Source: Chitinophagales bacterium (GTDB lineage Bacteria; Bacteroidota; Bacteroidia; Chitinophagales; UBA2359). Taken from it: a stretch of DNA of 44,568 bases. Each line of letters begins with the position of its first letter. The stretch's first letter is position 1. The position numbers were made by a program, and so were the translations under genes. The notes under the pieces were generated by a model. That model did not search any database and was not told the origin of the DNA. It saw only the letters and a program-made list of their open reading frames with translations. This document shows, piece after piece, positions 27,413 to 36,298 of this stretch. The stretch lies in contig JAHDFD010000027.1 of assembly GCA_020628375.1 (NCBI GenBank), forward strand, positions 1 through 44,568. Direction: 5' to 3'.

Positions 27413-28993
27413 TTATATGATATCTACTAGTCCTATTTCACTTGCTTGCCATGCAATTTCAACTTTTTCTATTCCTAAATTTTTAAGCGTTTCAGCTGTT
27501 GAAGTGCCTATTGCCAAAATACGTTGATGCTCTTTGATCTCATGTTTTGACAAATAAGCTTCAGCATTTAAAGAACTGGTAAAAGCAAGAATGTCATGGT
27601 CTAATTCCGGGAAATCCTGAATGGGTTCATTTTCATAAACAACCCAATTAATAGCATTGATATTTTCTCCTATTCTCTTTTGAATCGATTGCTTTGAGTT
27701 TGAAGCCTGTGGAAAAAGTATATCTTGCCCCTCTGCTATTTTCAAAAAAGTCTGTGCTGTATCTTCTACTCCTTCATCATTTCCGATAAAATCGGGTTGA
27801 AAACCGTATTCTTTTAATTCATTCGCTGTGCCTGAACCCAAACAAGCTATTTTGTACATCAACAATCGTTGAACACCATTAAAACGTGGTACGATCTCAA
27901 AGAAATACTGAACGCCTTTTCTGCTCGAAAAGAAAATCCAATCTGCTTCCGGTAATTCAAATACTTCAGCAACTTTGAAATTGATCAAAGAATTTCCTTC
28001 AACAAGGTATCCTTGACTTTCCAATTGCTTTTTAAAATAACTTTTACCTGATTGATTTCTGGAAATAAATACTTTCTGGGGCTCAAAAGCCTTTAAAGCT
28101 TTCAATGTCTTTTTAACTACCTTTTCTGGTTTTCTTGAAGAACGGAACAGTCTTTTATAAGCTTTGGCTTTAGGTTTATTCACATCATAATCAGACTGAT
28201 AAAATGCCCACACATTATATCTTTCTTCTTCATATTCACAATAAACACCTATAGGTAACTGACAGCCACCTTCCAGTTGATGCAAAATACTTCTTTCTAC
28301 TTTCACTGCTGCTTCGGCACTGCTATCGTGTATCGTTTCAATTGCTGCAGCTGCTTTAGCATTACCTTCTTTTATCTGATACGCTAAAACTCCCTGAACA
28401 GCAGCCGGAATAAACTTTCTTGGATCGAATTTGAATAAATGGTAATTACTAAGATCGAGTTCTAATCTGGAAAGCCCTGCTGCGGCAAGCACAACAGCAT
28501 CTACTTCTTCTTCCACTTTTTTAACTCTGGTCGGCACATTTCCTCTGATCGGAACAACTTTGATATCGGGACGAAAAGCCAATAATTGGGCAACTCTTCT
28601 CGGAGAAGAAGTTCCAACGATCGCTCCTTCTTTTAAATCCCATAAACGCCCAATATGAACTGCTTTTTTATTTATAATGAGCCAATCTTCTGTTCTATCA
28701 CGGTAAGAATTTCCGGCGATAATCAATCCTTCAGGATTTTCGGTTGGTAGATCTTTGTAAGAATGTACAGCAATATCGATGCTTTCATCCAATAATGACT
28801 CTTCTAGTTCTTTAGTAAAGAAACCTTTTCCTTCCAACTTATCAAAACCAACGTTCTGAATTTTATCACCTTGTGTTTTTATGATCTCGATTTCAACCTC
28901 GTATCCTTGTTCAGTTAGTAAACTTTCGACATAATGTGCCTGCCATAAAGCTAACTGACTTCCACGTGAACCAATTATAATTTTGCGATCCAT
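27413..28993 (-). CDS. hemC/hemD: Bifunctional hydroxymethylbilane synthase / uroporphyrinogen-III synthase (HemC-HemD fusion)
   Basis: The N-terminal ~300 aa match HemC (IIGSRGSQLALWQA, GTSSPRR, RGNVPTRV, AAAGLSRL). The C-terminal ~225 aa have the HemD-like double Rossmann layout. 526 aa in a single ORF. Confidence 0.7.
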   Translation of the reverse strand: MDRKIIIGSRGSQLALWQAHYVESLLTEQGYEVEIEIIKTQGDKIQNVGFDKLEGKGFFTKELEESLLDESIDIAVHSYKDLPTENPEGLIIAGNSYRDRTEDWLIINKKAVHIGRLWDLKEGAIVGTSSPRRVAQLLAFRPDIKVVPIRGNVPTRVKKVEEEVDAVVLAAAGLSRLELDLSNYHLFKFDPRKFIPAAVQGVLAYQIKEGNAKAAAAIETIHDSSAEAAVKVERSILHQLEGGCQLPIGVYCEYEEERYNVWAFYQSDYDVNKPKAKAYKRLFRSSRKPEKVVKKTLKALKAFEPQKVFISRNQSGKSYFKKQLESQGYLVEGNSLINFKVAEVFELPEADWIFFSSRKGVQYFFEIVPRFNGVQRLLMYKIACLGSGTANELKEYGFQPDFIGNDEGVEDTAQTFLKIAEGQDILFPQASNSKQSIQKRIGENINAINWVVYENEPIQDFPELDHDILAFTSSLNAEAYLSKHEIKEHQRILAIGTSTAETLKNLGIEKVEIAWQASEIGLVDII

Positions 28994-29027
28994 GGTGTAA
29001 ATTTACATTCAATAAAAAGTATTCAGC

Positions 29028-30032
29028 ATGAAAGCGATTCAAATATCAATAATTTTATTCTTTTTTCTATTAATTGAAGCGAAAGCACAAGATACTTTTT
29101 CAATAATTGCTGTTGATCCGGCAACGGGTGCAGTGGGCGCAGCTGGTGCAACCTGTGTTGATGGAATAGCTGATTTTGGTGGCATACAGTTACTTAATCA
29201 TATCATTCCTGGAAAAGGAGGTGTAAATGCTCAGGCATGGATTTGTATCAATCCACATATCAATCTTGAAAATGCCGTTGAACAAATGGAAAATGATTTA
29301 TCACCAGAAGAAATTATTACCTGGTTATTGGAAAATGACGATTGCTTTGCTCAAAACTACAATCCTGAATACAGGCAATACGGCATTGTTGATCTTGATA
29401 GTTTGGGAAACCCAAGAGTTGCAGCTTTTACCGGCAGTCAAGCAGATGATTATAAAGGTCATATAACCGGTTATAATTATGCTATTCAGGGAAATATTTT
29501 AATTGGTGAAGAAGTTTTAACCGGAATGGAAAATGGTTTTGTGAATACTGAAGGTTCTTTAGCTGCAAAATTAATGGGTGCTATGCAAGGAGCCAATATT
29601 GCCGGAGCAGACGTACGTTGTCTCGACAGAGGTACTTCTTCTACTTCTGCTTTTCTAAGGGTTGTAAATCCTAACGATACTTTTGATTCACCTTATTTAG
29701 AACTGAATGTAATTGAAGCTGAATATGGAGAAGAACCAATTGATTCTTTGCAGGTTTTATTTGACATCTGGTTAGGAACAACTTCTAATACTGAAATAAA
29801 AAATCATTTCATTACTTTATTTCCTAATCCGGTTGTTAATGAACTTAGTATAGCTCTCAATGAGCAAGTACAAATTAACAGAATCAGTATTCACAATATT
29901 AATGGTAAGTTACAAAGTGAAATACCTTTTTCAAACACAATAAGCATGAACGATTTTCCAAAAGGGTTATATTTTATTAATTTTTGGAAAGATGATACAC
30001 GCATAGCTATTCAAAAAGTTGTGAAGTTGTAA
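29028..30032 (+). CDS. DUF1028 (Ntn-hydrolase-fold) family protein with a C-terminal T9SS sorting domain
   Basis: Signal peptide, then FSIIAVDPATGAVGAAGATCVDG typical of DUF1028. The C-terminus LFPNPVVNELSIAL...GLYFINF is a T9SS CTD. Confidence 0.65.
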   Translation: MKAIQISIILFFFLLIEAKAQDTFSIIAVDPATGAVGAAGATCVDGIADFGGIQLLNHIIPGKGGVNAQAWICINPHINLENAVEQMENDLSPEEIITWLLENDDCFAQNYNPEYRQYGIVDLDSLGNPRVAAFTGSQADDYKGHITGYNYAIQGNILIGEEVLTGMENGFVNTEGSLAAKLMGAMQGANIAGADVRCLDRGTSSTSAFLRVVNPNDTFDSPYLELNVIEAEYGEEPIDSLQVLFDIWLGTTSNTEIKNHFITLFPNPVVNELSIALNEQVQINRISIHNINGKLQSEIPFSNTISMNDFPKGLYFINFWKDDTRIAIQKVVKL

Positions 30033-30141
30033 ATTTGTGCTTCGACTACGCTCAGCATAAATTCAGCTATACTTGACATAAAGTAGATTAGCTGTTTTAT
30101 AATAATGTAAGGGTTTTGCTGAGTAAGCTTGACATAAGTGT

Positions 30142-31176
30142 ATGTTTAAATTTTATTATTCAATGATAAATTTTGCTTTAAACTCAATTGTATTGGCAAA
30201 CCCCTGGTGGTTGGTTTTACTATTGATCATACCTCTTTTGGCATTCTGGATATATCGAAACTATCATCGCCAGTATGCCGATATGAAATTCAATTCTGCT
30301 AATAAGGAAAAATCAGGTTTGACCTTAAAAGGCTTTCTTAGAAACAGTTTGGTTTTCACTAAGTTATTAGCGTTAACACTGCTGATCGTAGCAATGGCGC
30401 GCCCTCAAGATATGTTGCAGGAAGAAAAGGTTTCTACCGAAGGTATCGATATTGTTATAGCAATGGATATTTCGGGAAGTATGCAGGCAATGGACTTTGA
30501 GCCTGATCGCCTTGGTGCAGCAAAGAAAACAGCTTCCGATTTTGTTGATGCCCGTAAAGATGATAGAATTGGTTTGGTCGTATTTGCCGGTGAAAGCTTT
30601 ACACAATGTCCGGTTACCACTGACCATGCAATTTTAAACGTTTTAATGAAAGACCTCAGCAATGACAACTTGATCGAAGATGGTACTGCTATTGGTATGG
30701 GATTAGCAACAGCAATTAATCGTTTGAAAGATAGTCAATCGGAGAGTAAAGTCGTTATCTTACTAACCGATGGTGTGAATAATAAAGGTTTTATAGATCC
30801 AATGACGGCAGCAGAAACGGCTGAAGAATTCGGTATTAAAGTATATACAATCGGTATTGGAACAAAAGGGCAAGCGCCTTATCCTGCTCGTGATCTATTT
30901 GGTAGAACCGTAACCAGAATGATGGAAGTTCAGATAGACGAAGAATTACTTGAACAAATTGCTACTATGACGGGTGGCCAGTATTTCCGTGCGACAGATA
31001 ATAATAGTCTGAAAGATATTTATGCTGAAATTGATAAAATGGAAAAAACAGAAGTAGAGATCAGTTCAATTCGTCGTTTTACAGAACGTTTTCATCCACT
31101 TGCGATCTTAGCAGTTGCTATTCTTTCTTTAGACTTATTGCTTCGATTAACTATTTTACGAGGCTTGACTGGTTAG
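30142..31176 (+). CDS. batA: BatA-like membrane-anchored von Willebrand factor A (VWA) domain protein
   Basis: N-terminal TM segment WWLVLLLIIPLLAFW, MIDAS motif DISGSM, C-terminal TM segment. 344 aa. Confidence 0.75.
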   Translation: MFKFYYSMINFALNSIVLANPWWLVLLLIIPLLAFWIYRNYHRQYADMKFNSANKEKSGLTLKGFLRNSLVFTKLLALTLLIVAMARPQDMLQEEKVSTEGIDIVIAMDISGSMQAMDFEPDRLGAAKKTASDFVDARKDDRIGLVVFAGESFTQCPVTTDHAILNVLMKDLSNDNLIEDGTAIGMGLATAINRLKDSQSESKVVILLTDGVNNKGFIDPMTAAETAEEFGIKVYTIGIGTKGQAPYPARDLFGRTVTRMMEVQIDEELLEQIATMTGGQYFRATDNNSLKDIYAEIDKMEKTEVEISSIRRFTERFHPLAILAVAILSLDLLLRLTILRGLTG

Positions 31177-31271
31177 TTTTGATGAGTGATGAGATTCGGT
31201 AACTGATCGGAGTCGAAGTTGAGTTTAGATAAAAATACAGACCACTATACATCTAATATAATTTGAACAGT

Positions 31272-31298
31272 AGCGACGAGGCAATGCCTCGTCGCTAA
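31272..31298. other. GC-rich perfect palindrome / stem-loop (possible terminator or protein-binding site)
   Basis: agcgacgaggca|tgcctcgtcgct is a 24-bp perfect palindrome. The T-run begins about 6 nt downstream. Confidence 0.5.
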
Positions 31299-31400
31299 CT
31301 CTATTTTTCAACCAACCAAACAGTTTTAAAGTAAAATGTATAGTGATGAGATAAAAATAATATATACGAGCCTGATTTTGTTGAGGATTTATTTGACAGG

Positions 31401-32066
31401 ATGAGTGATTCTTATGAAAGAATCAACTTATTGTTTTCTTTTGGGTTCACCTATTTCTGGCGAAAAGCAATGCTCAACAAAATAGATCATGTCGATAATA
31501 ACTCCTTAGAAATAATGGACCTGATGACGGGCATGGGCGAAACATGGGATTTACTAAAAGCAAAATTCCCTTCTGCACGATTAAGTGGTTTAGATATTTC
31601 TGATGGAATGTTGAAAAATGCAAGAAAAAAGAACAAGGCAAAATACAGTGATAATATCATAATTCTGAAAGACAATGTTTTAGATAATTCTTTGGATTCC
31701 AATAAATATGATCTTGTTTTTTCTGCCTTCGGACTTAAAACTTTCAATAAACAACAAGTAAAAATTTTAGCCCAGGAAATAAAAAGAATATTAAAACCCA
31801 AAGGAGCTTTCGCATTAATCGAAATATCTGAGCCTGAAAATATATTCTTCAATTTATTTTATAGAATTTACATCGGTAAGATCACACCGCAAATCACAAG
31901 GCTTTTACTTGGTGATCCTGAAGAATATAAATTATTATGGGAGTACACCAAAAGATATAAAAACTCGCAATGGGTTGCTGATATATTCAATGACGTTGGA
32001 TTGGAGACAACATACGATGAATACTTTTTTGGTTGTGCTTCTGGAGTAAGTGGATCCAAGACCTGA
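31401..32066 (+). CDS. Class I SAM-dependent methyltransferase, UbiE/MenG-like
   Basis: YERINLLFSFGFTYFWRK resembles the YDxMNDxxSxGxHRxWK motif of UbiE/MenG. SAM motif I is LDLMTGMGE, with a post-I acidic residue in GLDIS. 221 aa. Confidence 0.65.
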   Translation: MSDSYERINLLFSFGFTYFWRKAMLNKIDHVDNNSLEIMDLMTGMGETWDLLKAKFPSARLSGLDISDGMLKNARKKNKAKYSDNIIILKDNVLDNSLDSNKYDLVFSAFGLKTFNKQQVKILAQEIKRILKPKGAFALIEISEPENIFFNLFYRIYIGKITPQITRLLLGDPEEYKLLWEYTKRYKNSQWVADIFNDVGLETTYDEYFFGCASGVSGSKT

Positions 32067-32269
32067 ACTTATATTATGACCTGAGTTGCGACTTATCGTA
32101 ACTGTCAACAGTTTAGCAGTCAACTGTCCACAAAAGAGCAACTTATATTTGTAAAAGATAATGCTTTGTGGTCTGTCATCTATATAGAAAAATGTCTTTG
32201 TACACCACAACTTGAATTAGACCTTATACAATTTCCCTATATTGCCTGCAAAACTTTTAATTTCATAAA

Positions 32270-32755
32270 ATGAATTTGAATTATACAGCCTTTTTCCTGA
32301 TTTCATTTATTCCCCTGATTATAGCAGCATTCTGGTATCATCCGGCCTCGCCATTGATGAAGTGGTTAGGAAATGATACATTACAAAATCCTTTAAAGCT
32401 AAGTTTCTTAAAAATCGTTTGGGCTTTTATTCTTAGTTTTACTTTGGTTTATGGATACATAAATCTGGTAATTCATCAAATGGGTTTTTATGAATTATTC
32501 TTTACCGATATTATGCGTGGTAGTGAAGAAGCAAAACAAATTGCCAATGAATTTTTAGCCAAGTATGGCGATAAACACCGCCATTTCGGTCATGGTGTTT
32601 TTCATGGAGTAATCAATGCCTTTGTTTTTGCTTTGCCATTTTTAAGTTTTAACGCCTTACTCGAAAAAAGCAACAATAAGATTGTTTTGGTTCACTTTCT
32701 TTATTGGATTGTTACCAGTGCTATTATTGGTGGTTTGATCTCTGAATTTGTGTAA
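32270..32755 (+). CDS. Small polytopic membrane protein (possibly DUF1761 family)
   Basis: Four predicted TM helices. The family assignment is from memory of DUF1761-like sequences and is weak. Confidence 0.4.
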   Translation: MNLNYTAFFLISFIPLIIAAFWYHPASPLMKWLGNDTLQNPLKLSFLKIVWAFILSFTLVYGYINLVIHQMGFYELFFTDIMRGSEEAKQIANEFLAKYGDKHRHFGHGVFHGVINAFVFALPFLSFNALLEKSNNKIVLVHFLYWIVTSAIIGGLISEFV

Positions 32756-32949
32756 CTTATACAATTTGAGTTTTAATATAGCGTACATTTATAAGTGTGT
32801 AGATCACTGTCAGGTGAAGCCAAATAACACGAATTATCTCACGAAAAATAGCGAGGTGTCTATATTTCGGCTTCATTACATTACGCTCAATATGACACGA
32901 TCATTTGTACGTTTTTTTATTTTTAATTTTGTATTACAAAAACTGAACT

Positions 32950-33843
32950 ATGAATCCATACTTGAAAAATAACAAAAGATTCAGTCGTTCTACTTCCTTT
33001 ATATTTTGTATTGTAGCTTATATAATCGCCATTGCTATTGCTTTTTTTGTACAGAAACAATTTGCCTACTTAGGAGATATATACAGTGTTTTAATCGCTG
33101 ATGTTATTGCTACAATCGTAATCTATATATTTGGTTTGTTTGTTTCTAATGCAAGTTTATACGATCCTTATTGGAGCGTTGCACCTGTTCCTATTGCTAT
33201 TTATTGGTGGTCATTATCGAACTTCGATCTTTCATTGAATAAAATACTCCTGCTTATTGTTTTGCTGTATTGGGCTGTTCGTTTAACACTAAACTGGGCA
33301 AGAGGCTGGTCTGGTTTAGAACACGAAGATTGGCGATATGGAATGCTTCGACAGAAAAATGGAAAGTTATACCAATTCGTCAATTTATCAGGTATTCACC
33401 TGTTTCCGACTATTTTAGTTTTTCTGGGAATGTTACCGGTTTACTATGTGCTTGCCTTTAATTATGAGGCTCAAACCATGTACAGTATTTCAGCTTTTAT
33501 TATTGGAATAATTGCGGTTTCTATTTCCTTGATCGCCGATGAACAACTAAAAAAATTCGTCAAAGAAAACAAAGTCAGAGGTGTATTCCTTCGTTCAGGC
33601 TTATGGCAATATTCTCGTCATCCGAATTATTTTGGGGAAGTTAGTTTTTGGTTCAGCACGTGGTTATTTGCATTGTCTGTAAATTCTGATTACCTCTGGA
33701 CGGGCATAGGTGTTTTAGCTATGTTCTTATTGTTCTGGTTTATCAGCATTCCAATGATGGACGAACGAATGTCGAAGCGAAAGATCGGCTATAAAGATTT
33801 TATGAAGACCACTTCGAGATTCTTTCTGTTGCCGAGAAGGTGA
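32950..33843 (+). CDS. DUF1295 / steroid 5-alpha-reductase-like membrane protein
   Basis: Polytopic membrane protein with the C-terminal motif LWQYSRHPNYFGE. 297 aa. Confidence 0.7.
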   Translation: MNPYLKNNKRFSRSTSFIFCIVAYIIAIAIAFFVQKQFAYLGDIYSVLIADVIATIVIYIFGLFVSNASLYDPYWSVAPVPIAIYWWSLSNFDLSLNKILLLIVLLYWAVRLTLNWARGWSGLEHEDWRYGMLRQKNGKLYQFVNLSGIHLFPTILVFLGMLPVYYVLAFNYEAQTMYSISAFIIGIIAVSISLIADEQLKKFVKENKVRGVFLRSGLWQYSRHPNYFGEVSFWFSTWLFALSVNSDYLWTGIGVLAMFLLFWFISIPMMDERMSKRKIGYKDFMKTTSRFFLLPRR

Positions 33844-33854
33844 GGGGCTCTTGC

Positions 33855-34020
33855 CTAGGGGATACCTGCCTTCGCAGGTATGACTGATAGAAGTGTTGGA
33901 TACCAAACATTCACAAGTATGGGTTGATTGAAGTGTTGGATACCCAAACATTTGCAGGTATGACTGATAGAAGTGTTGGATACCCAACATTTGCGGGTAT
34001 GACTGATAGAAGTATTGATT
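33855..34020 (+). repeat. Tandem array (4 units of ~40 bp) of a hairpin-containing repeat, consensus GGATACC(C)AAACATTTGCAGGTATGACTGATAGAAGTGTT
   Basis: The first unit ctaggggatacctgccttcgcaggtatgactgatagaagtgttggatacc contains the inverted repeat atacctgc/gcaggtat. Positions 33855-33906 are identical to 36041-36092. Confidence 0.9.
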
Positions 34021-36000
34021 TTAAAAGTTCATGATCTCTAAATAATGTGAGGTGTAATAGTTACCCCAAATCAGTAAATTTTCTCCATCGAACAAAACTC
34101 TTCTAGGACTCGTTATTGGTTCATATTCCGCATAAATTTCATTATTGGAATAATCGAATTCAACGATCTTTTGTTGGTTACTTGGCACAATAAATACTGA
34201 ATATAAATTGCTTGAGTTAAAGGTAAAATCCCACCAAAAAGAACCTCCATTTAACTGTCCTAAATATTCTGGATTTTCACCAAAACTTGCTCTGTGTCCT
34301 TCAGATCCACTTACAAACATATTTTCGTAAGGTGCCAATACAATTTGTTGGTGGTCGAAGCTTGAACTTACAAAATAAGTAGTAGATGGATTAATGAACT
34401 CACCATATTGTGTCACCTCAAACTGATAAATATTCGTATAGGTCAAATAAAAAAGTGTTCTTATACCATCAGCTTTTCTGTATGCAATTTTGCTATAAGA
34501 GGCGGTATCGAATAATTCATCGTTAATGGTTAAATCATCTCGACTGTAAGAACGCAATCCTCTGAAGGCATTGACGGATGCGCTTAAATTATGCGTGGCA
34601 TAAATATTTCCTGTTCCATCTGTAGTTACGAATGCTGTTTCCTGATCGGGGTAACTTCCTGATCCATTTGGCCCTTTACCTGTATAAATATGATCTAACT
34701 CGTTAAAAGTATTTACATTGTAAATCCTGATCTTACTATCATCACAACCGACATAAAGTTCCAGACCGTAGCCATTATCTCCTATGGCAAAGCAGGTAGC
34801 ACGTACAGGAATATCAATCGTTTTATTAACTACATTATTTATATAATCGAATTCTGTTATCTCTAATCCATCTGAACGTAATAGATACACTAGTTTCTCT
34901 TCAGGGTGTAAGATCATATCTTTTATGTCGAAATCAAAAGCAGCATTATTCTGAGTAAAAATATGCTCTGAATTTGATTCAACAACCTGATTATTCTCAG
35001 TCTCAACAGTTATAAAATAGCAATAATCTGTTTGAAAAGCTATATTTCCATCTGTATGAGTCGTAATCATTGGATCATCAAATTCAGCGATCAATGTAGG
35101 TTCATAAGCATAACAATCGTAGGCATGTCTGTAAACTTTATAGGCTTCAAAATCCTCACCTGTATAAGCACTCCAATTTAATTCGATGGTATTCCCCACT
35201 AATTGTGGAGGATCTAAAACGACAGGTTCTACTTTATTCACTGTTAGGAAAAATTCTTTTTCCAGACCATAAGCATCGGGTAAATAGCTATCATTTCTTA
35301 CATAAACGGAAATATAATGCTTGCCTTCACTCAGTCTTTCAGTGAAATCTATTTTGCCTTCGCTATTCAAATTTCCTTCAAAGAAAACACCATCCAAATC
35401 GCTATTCCATCTTGTAATAAGGGTTTCTACATTTTCGGGTGCTTCGAGGTAGTAAAAGAAATAATCTGCTTCAAACGGAATATCTTCATCAGGACCATAA
35501 AGTTGCCCATGGGGTTTTAGAATCTCTATATTAATATCTACATAATCTTCATCTAATGGAGAAGGTACCGCCACAAGTTCAACCAAAGTGCCATCTTCTT
35601 CTACTTCGATATATCTAGTAGTTGTATTTGTAACAGTTCCAGAGGTGAAACCAGAGAAAGAATACTTTTCATCGGTTGTAATGGTAATTTGATACTCACC
35701 AGTCGTGACATTCTCGAAAATAAGGTCTCCATTTTCATCTGTAAAACCGATCAGATCAGTGTCGTTCACCACAACTTCTACATCTTCAAGGGGTAATAAT
35801 CCGGAATCAACAATATAACCAGTATTAGGGCTTAGATCTAGTTGAACTTTAATCGTTAGCGTAGCTGTTTGTTCTCCAAAGATCAAAGTGCCGGCATCTT
35901 CATCTTTGTTACAGCTTGAAAGTATAAACACAAATAGCAATAATAGAAGGGATAATTGATGTTTCATCTGGGATGGGGTTGATGTGATATTTGATTGCAA
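34021..36000 (-). CDS. Lipoprotein of unknown function with an N-terminal carboxypeptidase-regulatory-like beta-sandwich region and a Y/W-rich C-terminal half
   Basis: The most likely start is the second Met (MKHQLSLLLLLFVFILSSC, a lipoprotein signal) at 35967. The rest is an unknown domain, and the Y/W-rich C-terminal half may be a propeller. Repeat arrays flank the gene on both sides. Confidence 0.6.
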   Translation of the reverse strand: MQSNITSTPSQMKHQLSLLLLLFVFILSSCNKDEDAGTLIFGEQTATLTIKVQLDLSPNTGYIVDSGLLPLEDVEVVVNDTDLIGFTDENGDLIFENVTTGEYQITITTDEKYSFSGFTSGTVTNTTTRYIEVEEDGTLVELVAVPSPLDEDYVDINIEILKPHGQLYGPDEDIPFEADYFFYYLEAPENVETLITRWNSDLDGVFFEGNLNSEGKIDFTERLSEGKHYISVYVRNDSYLPDAYGLEKEFFLTVNKVEPVVLDPPQLVGNTIELNWSAYTGEDFEAYKVYRHAYDCYAYEPTLIAEFDDPMITTHTDGNIAFQTDYCYFITVETENNQVVESNSEHIFTQNNAAFDFDIKDMILHPEEKLVYLLRSDGLEITEFDYINNVVNKTIDIPVRATCFAIGDNGYGLELYVGCDDSKIRIYNVNTFNELDHIYTGKGPNGSGSYPDQETAFVTTDGTGNIYATHNLSASVNAFRGLRSYSRDDLTINDELFDTASYSKIAYRKADGIRTLFYLTYTNIYQFEVTQYGEFINPSTTYFVSSSFDHQQIVLAPYENMFVSGSEGHRASFGENPEYLGQLNGGSFWWDFTFNSSNLYSVFIVPSNQQKIVEFDYSNNEIYAEYEPITSPRRVLFDGENLLIWGNYYTSHYLEIMNF

Positions 36001-36040
36001 AGGTAGTGAATATTTGAGAGGTTGTATTATGTGGCTTTAG

Positions 36041-36298
36041 CTAGGGGATACCTGCCTTCGCAGGTATGACTGATAGAAGTGTTGGATACCAACATACGCT
36101 GGTGTGCCTGATTGAAGTGTTTATTGGGGATAACTGCCTTCACAGGTATGACTGGGAGAAGTGTAGGATACCAACATAAGCTGGTGTGCCTGATTGAAGT
36201 GTTTATTGGGGATAACTGCCTTCACAGGTATGACTGGTTGAAGTGTTTATTGGGGATACTTGCATTCGCAGGTATGACTGATTGAAGTGTAATGTCTG
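36041..36298 (+). repeat. Tandem array (~6 units) of the same hairpin repeat family, organised as a 2-unit (~82 bp) higher-order repeat
   Basis: The first unit is identical to the first unit of the array at 33855. Units alternate between ggataccaacata[c/a]gctggtgtgcctgattgaagtgtttatt and ggggataactgccttcacaggtatgactgg..gaagtgt. Confidence 0.9.

Noticed and set aside
33855-36298. Possible CRISPR array
   Set aside because: The units are contiguous and degenerate with no interspersed unique spacers of constant length, and there are no cas genes. A REP-like tandem repeat is the better description.
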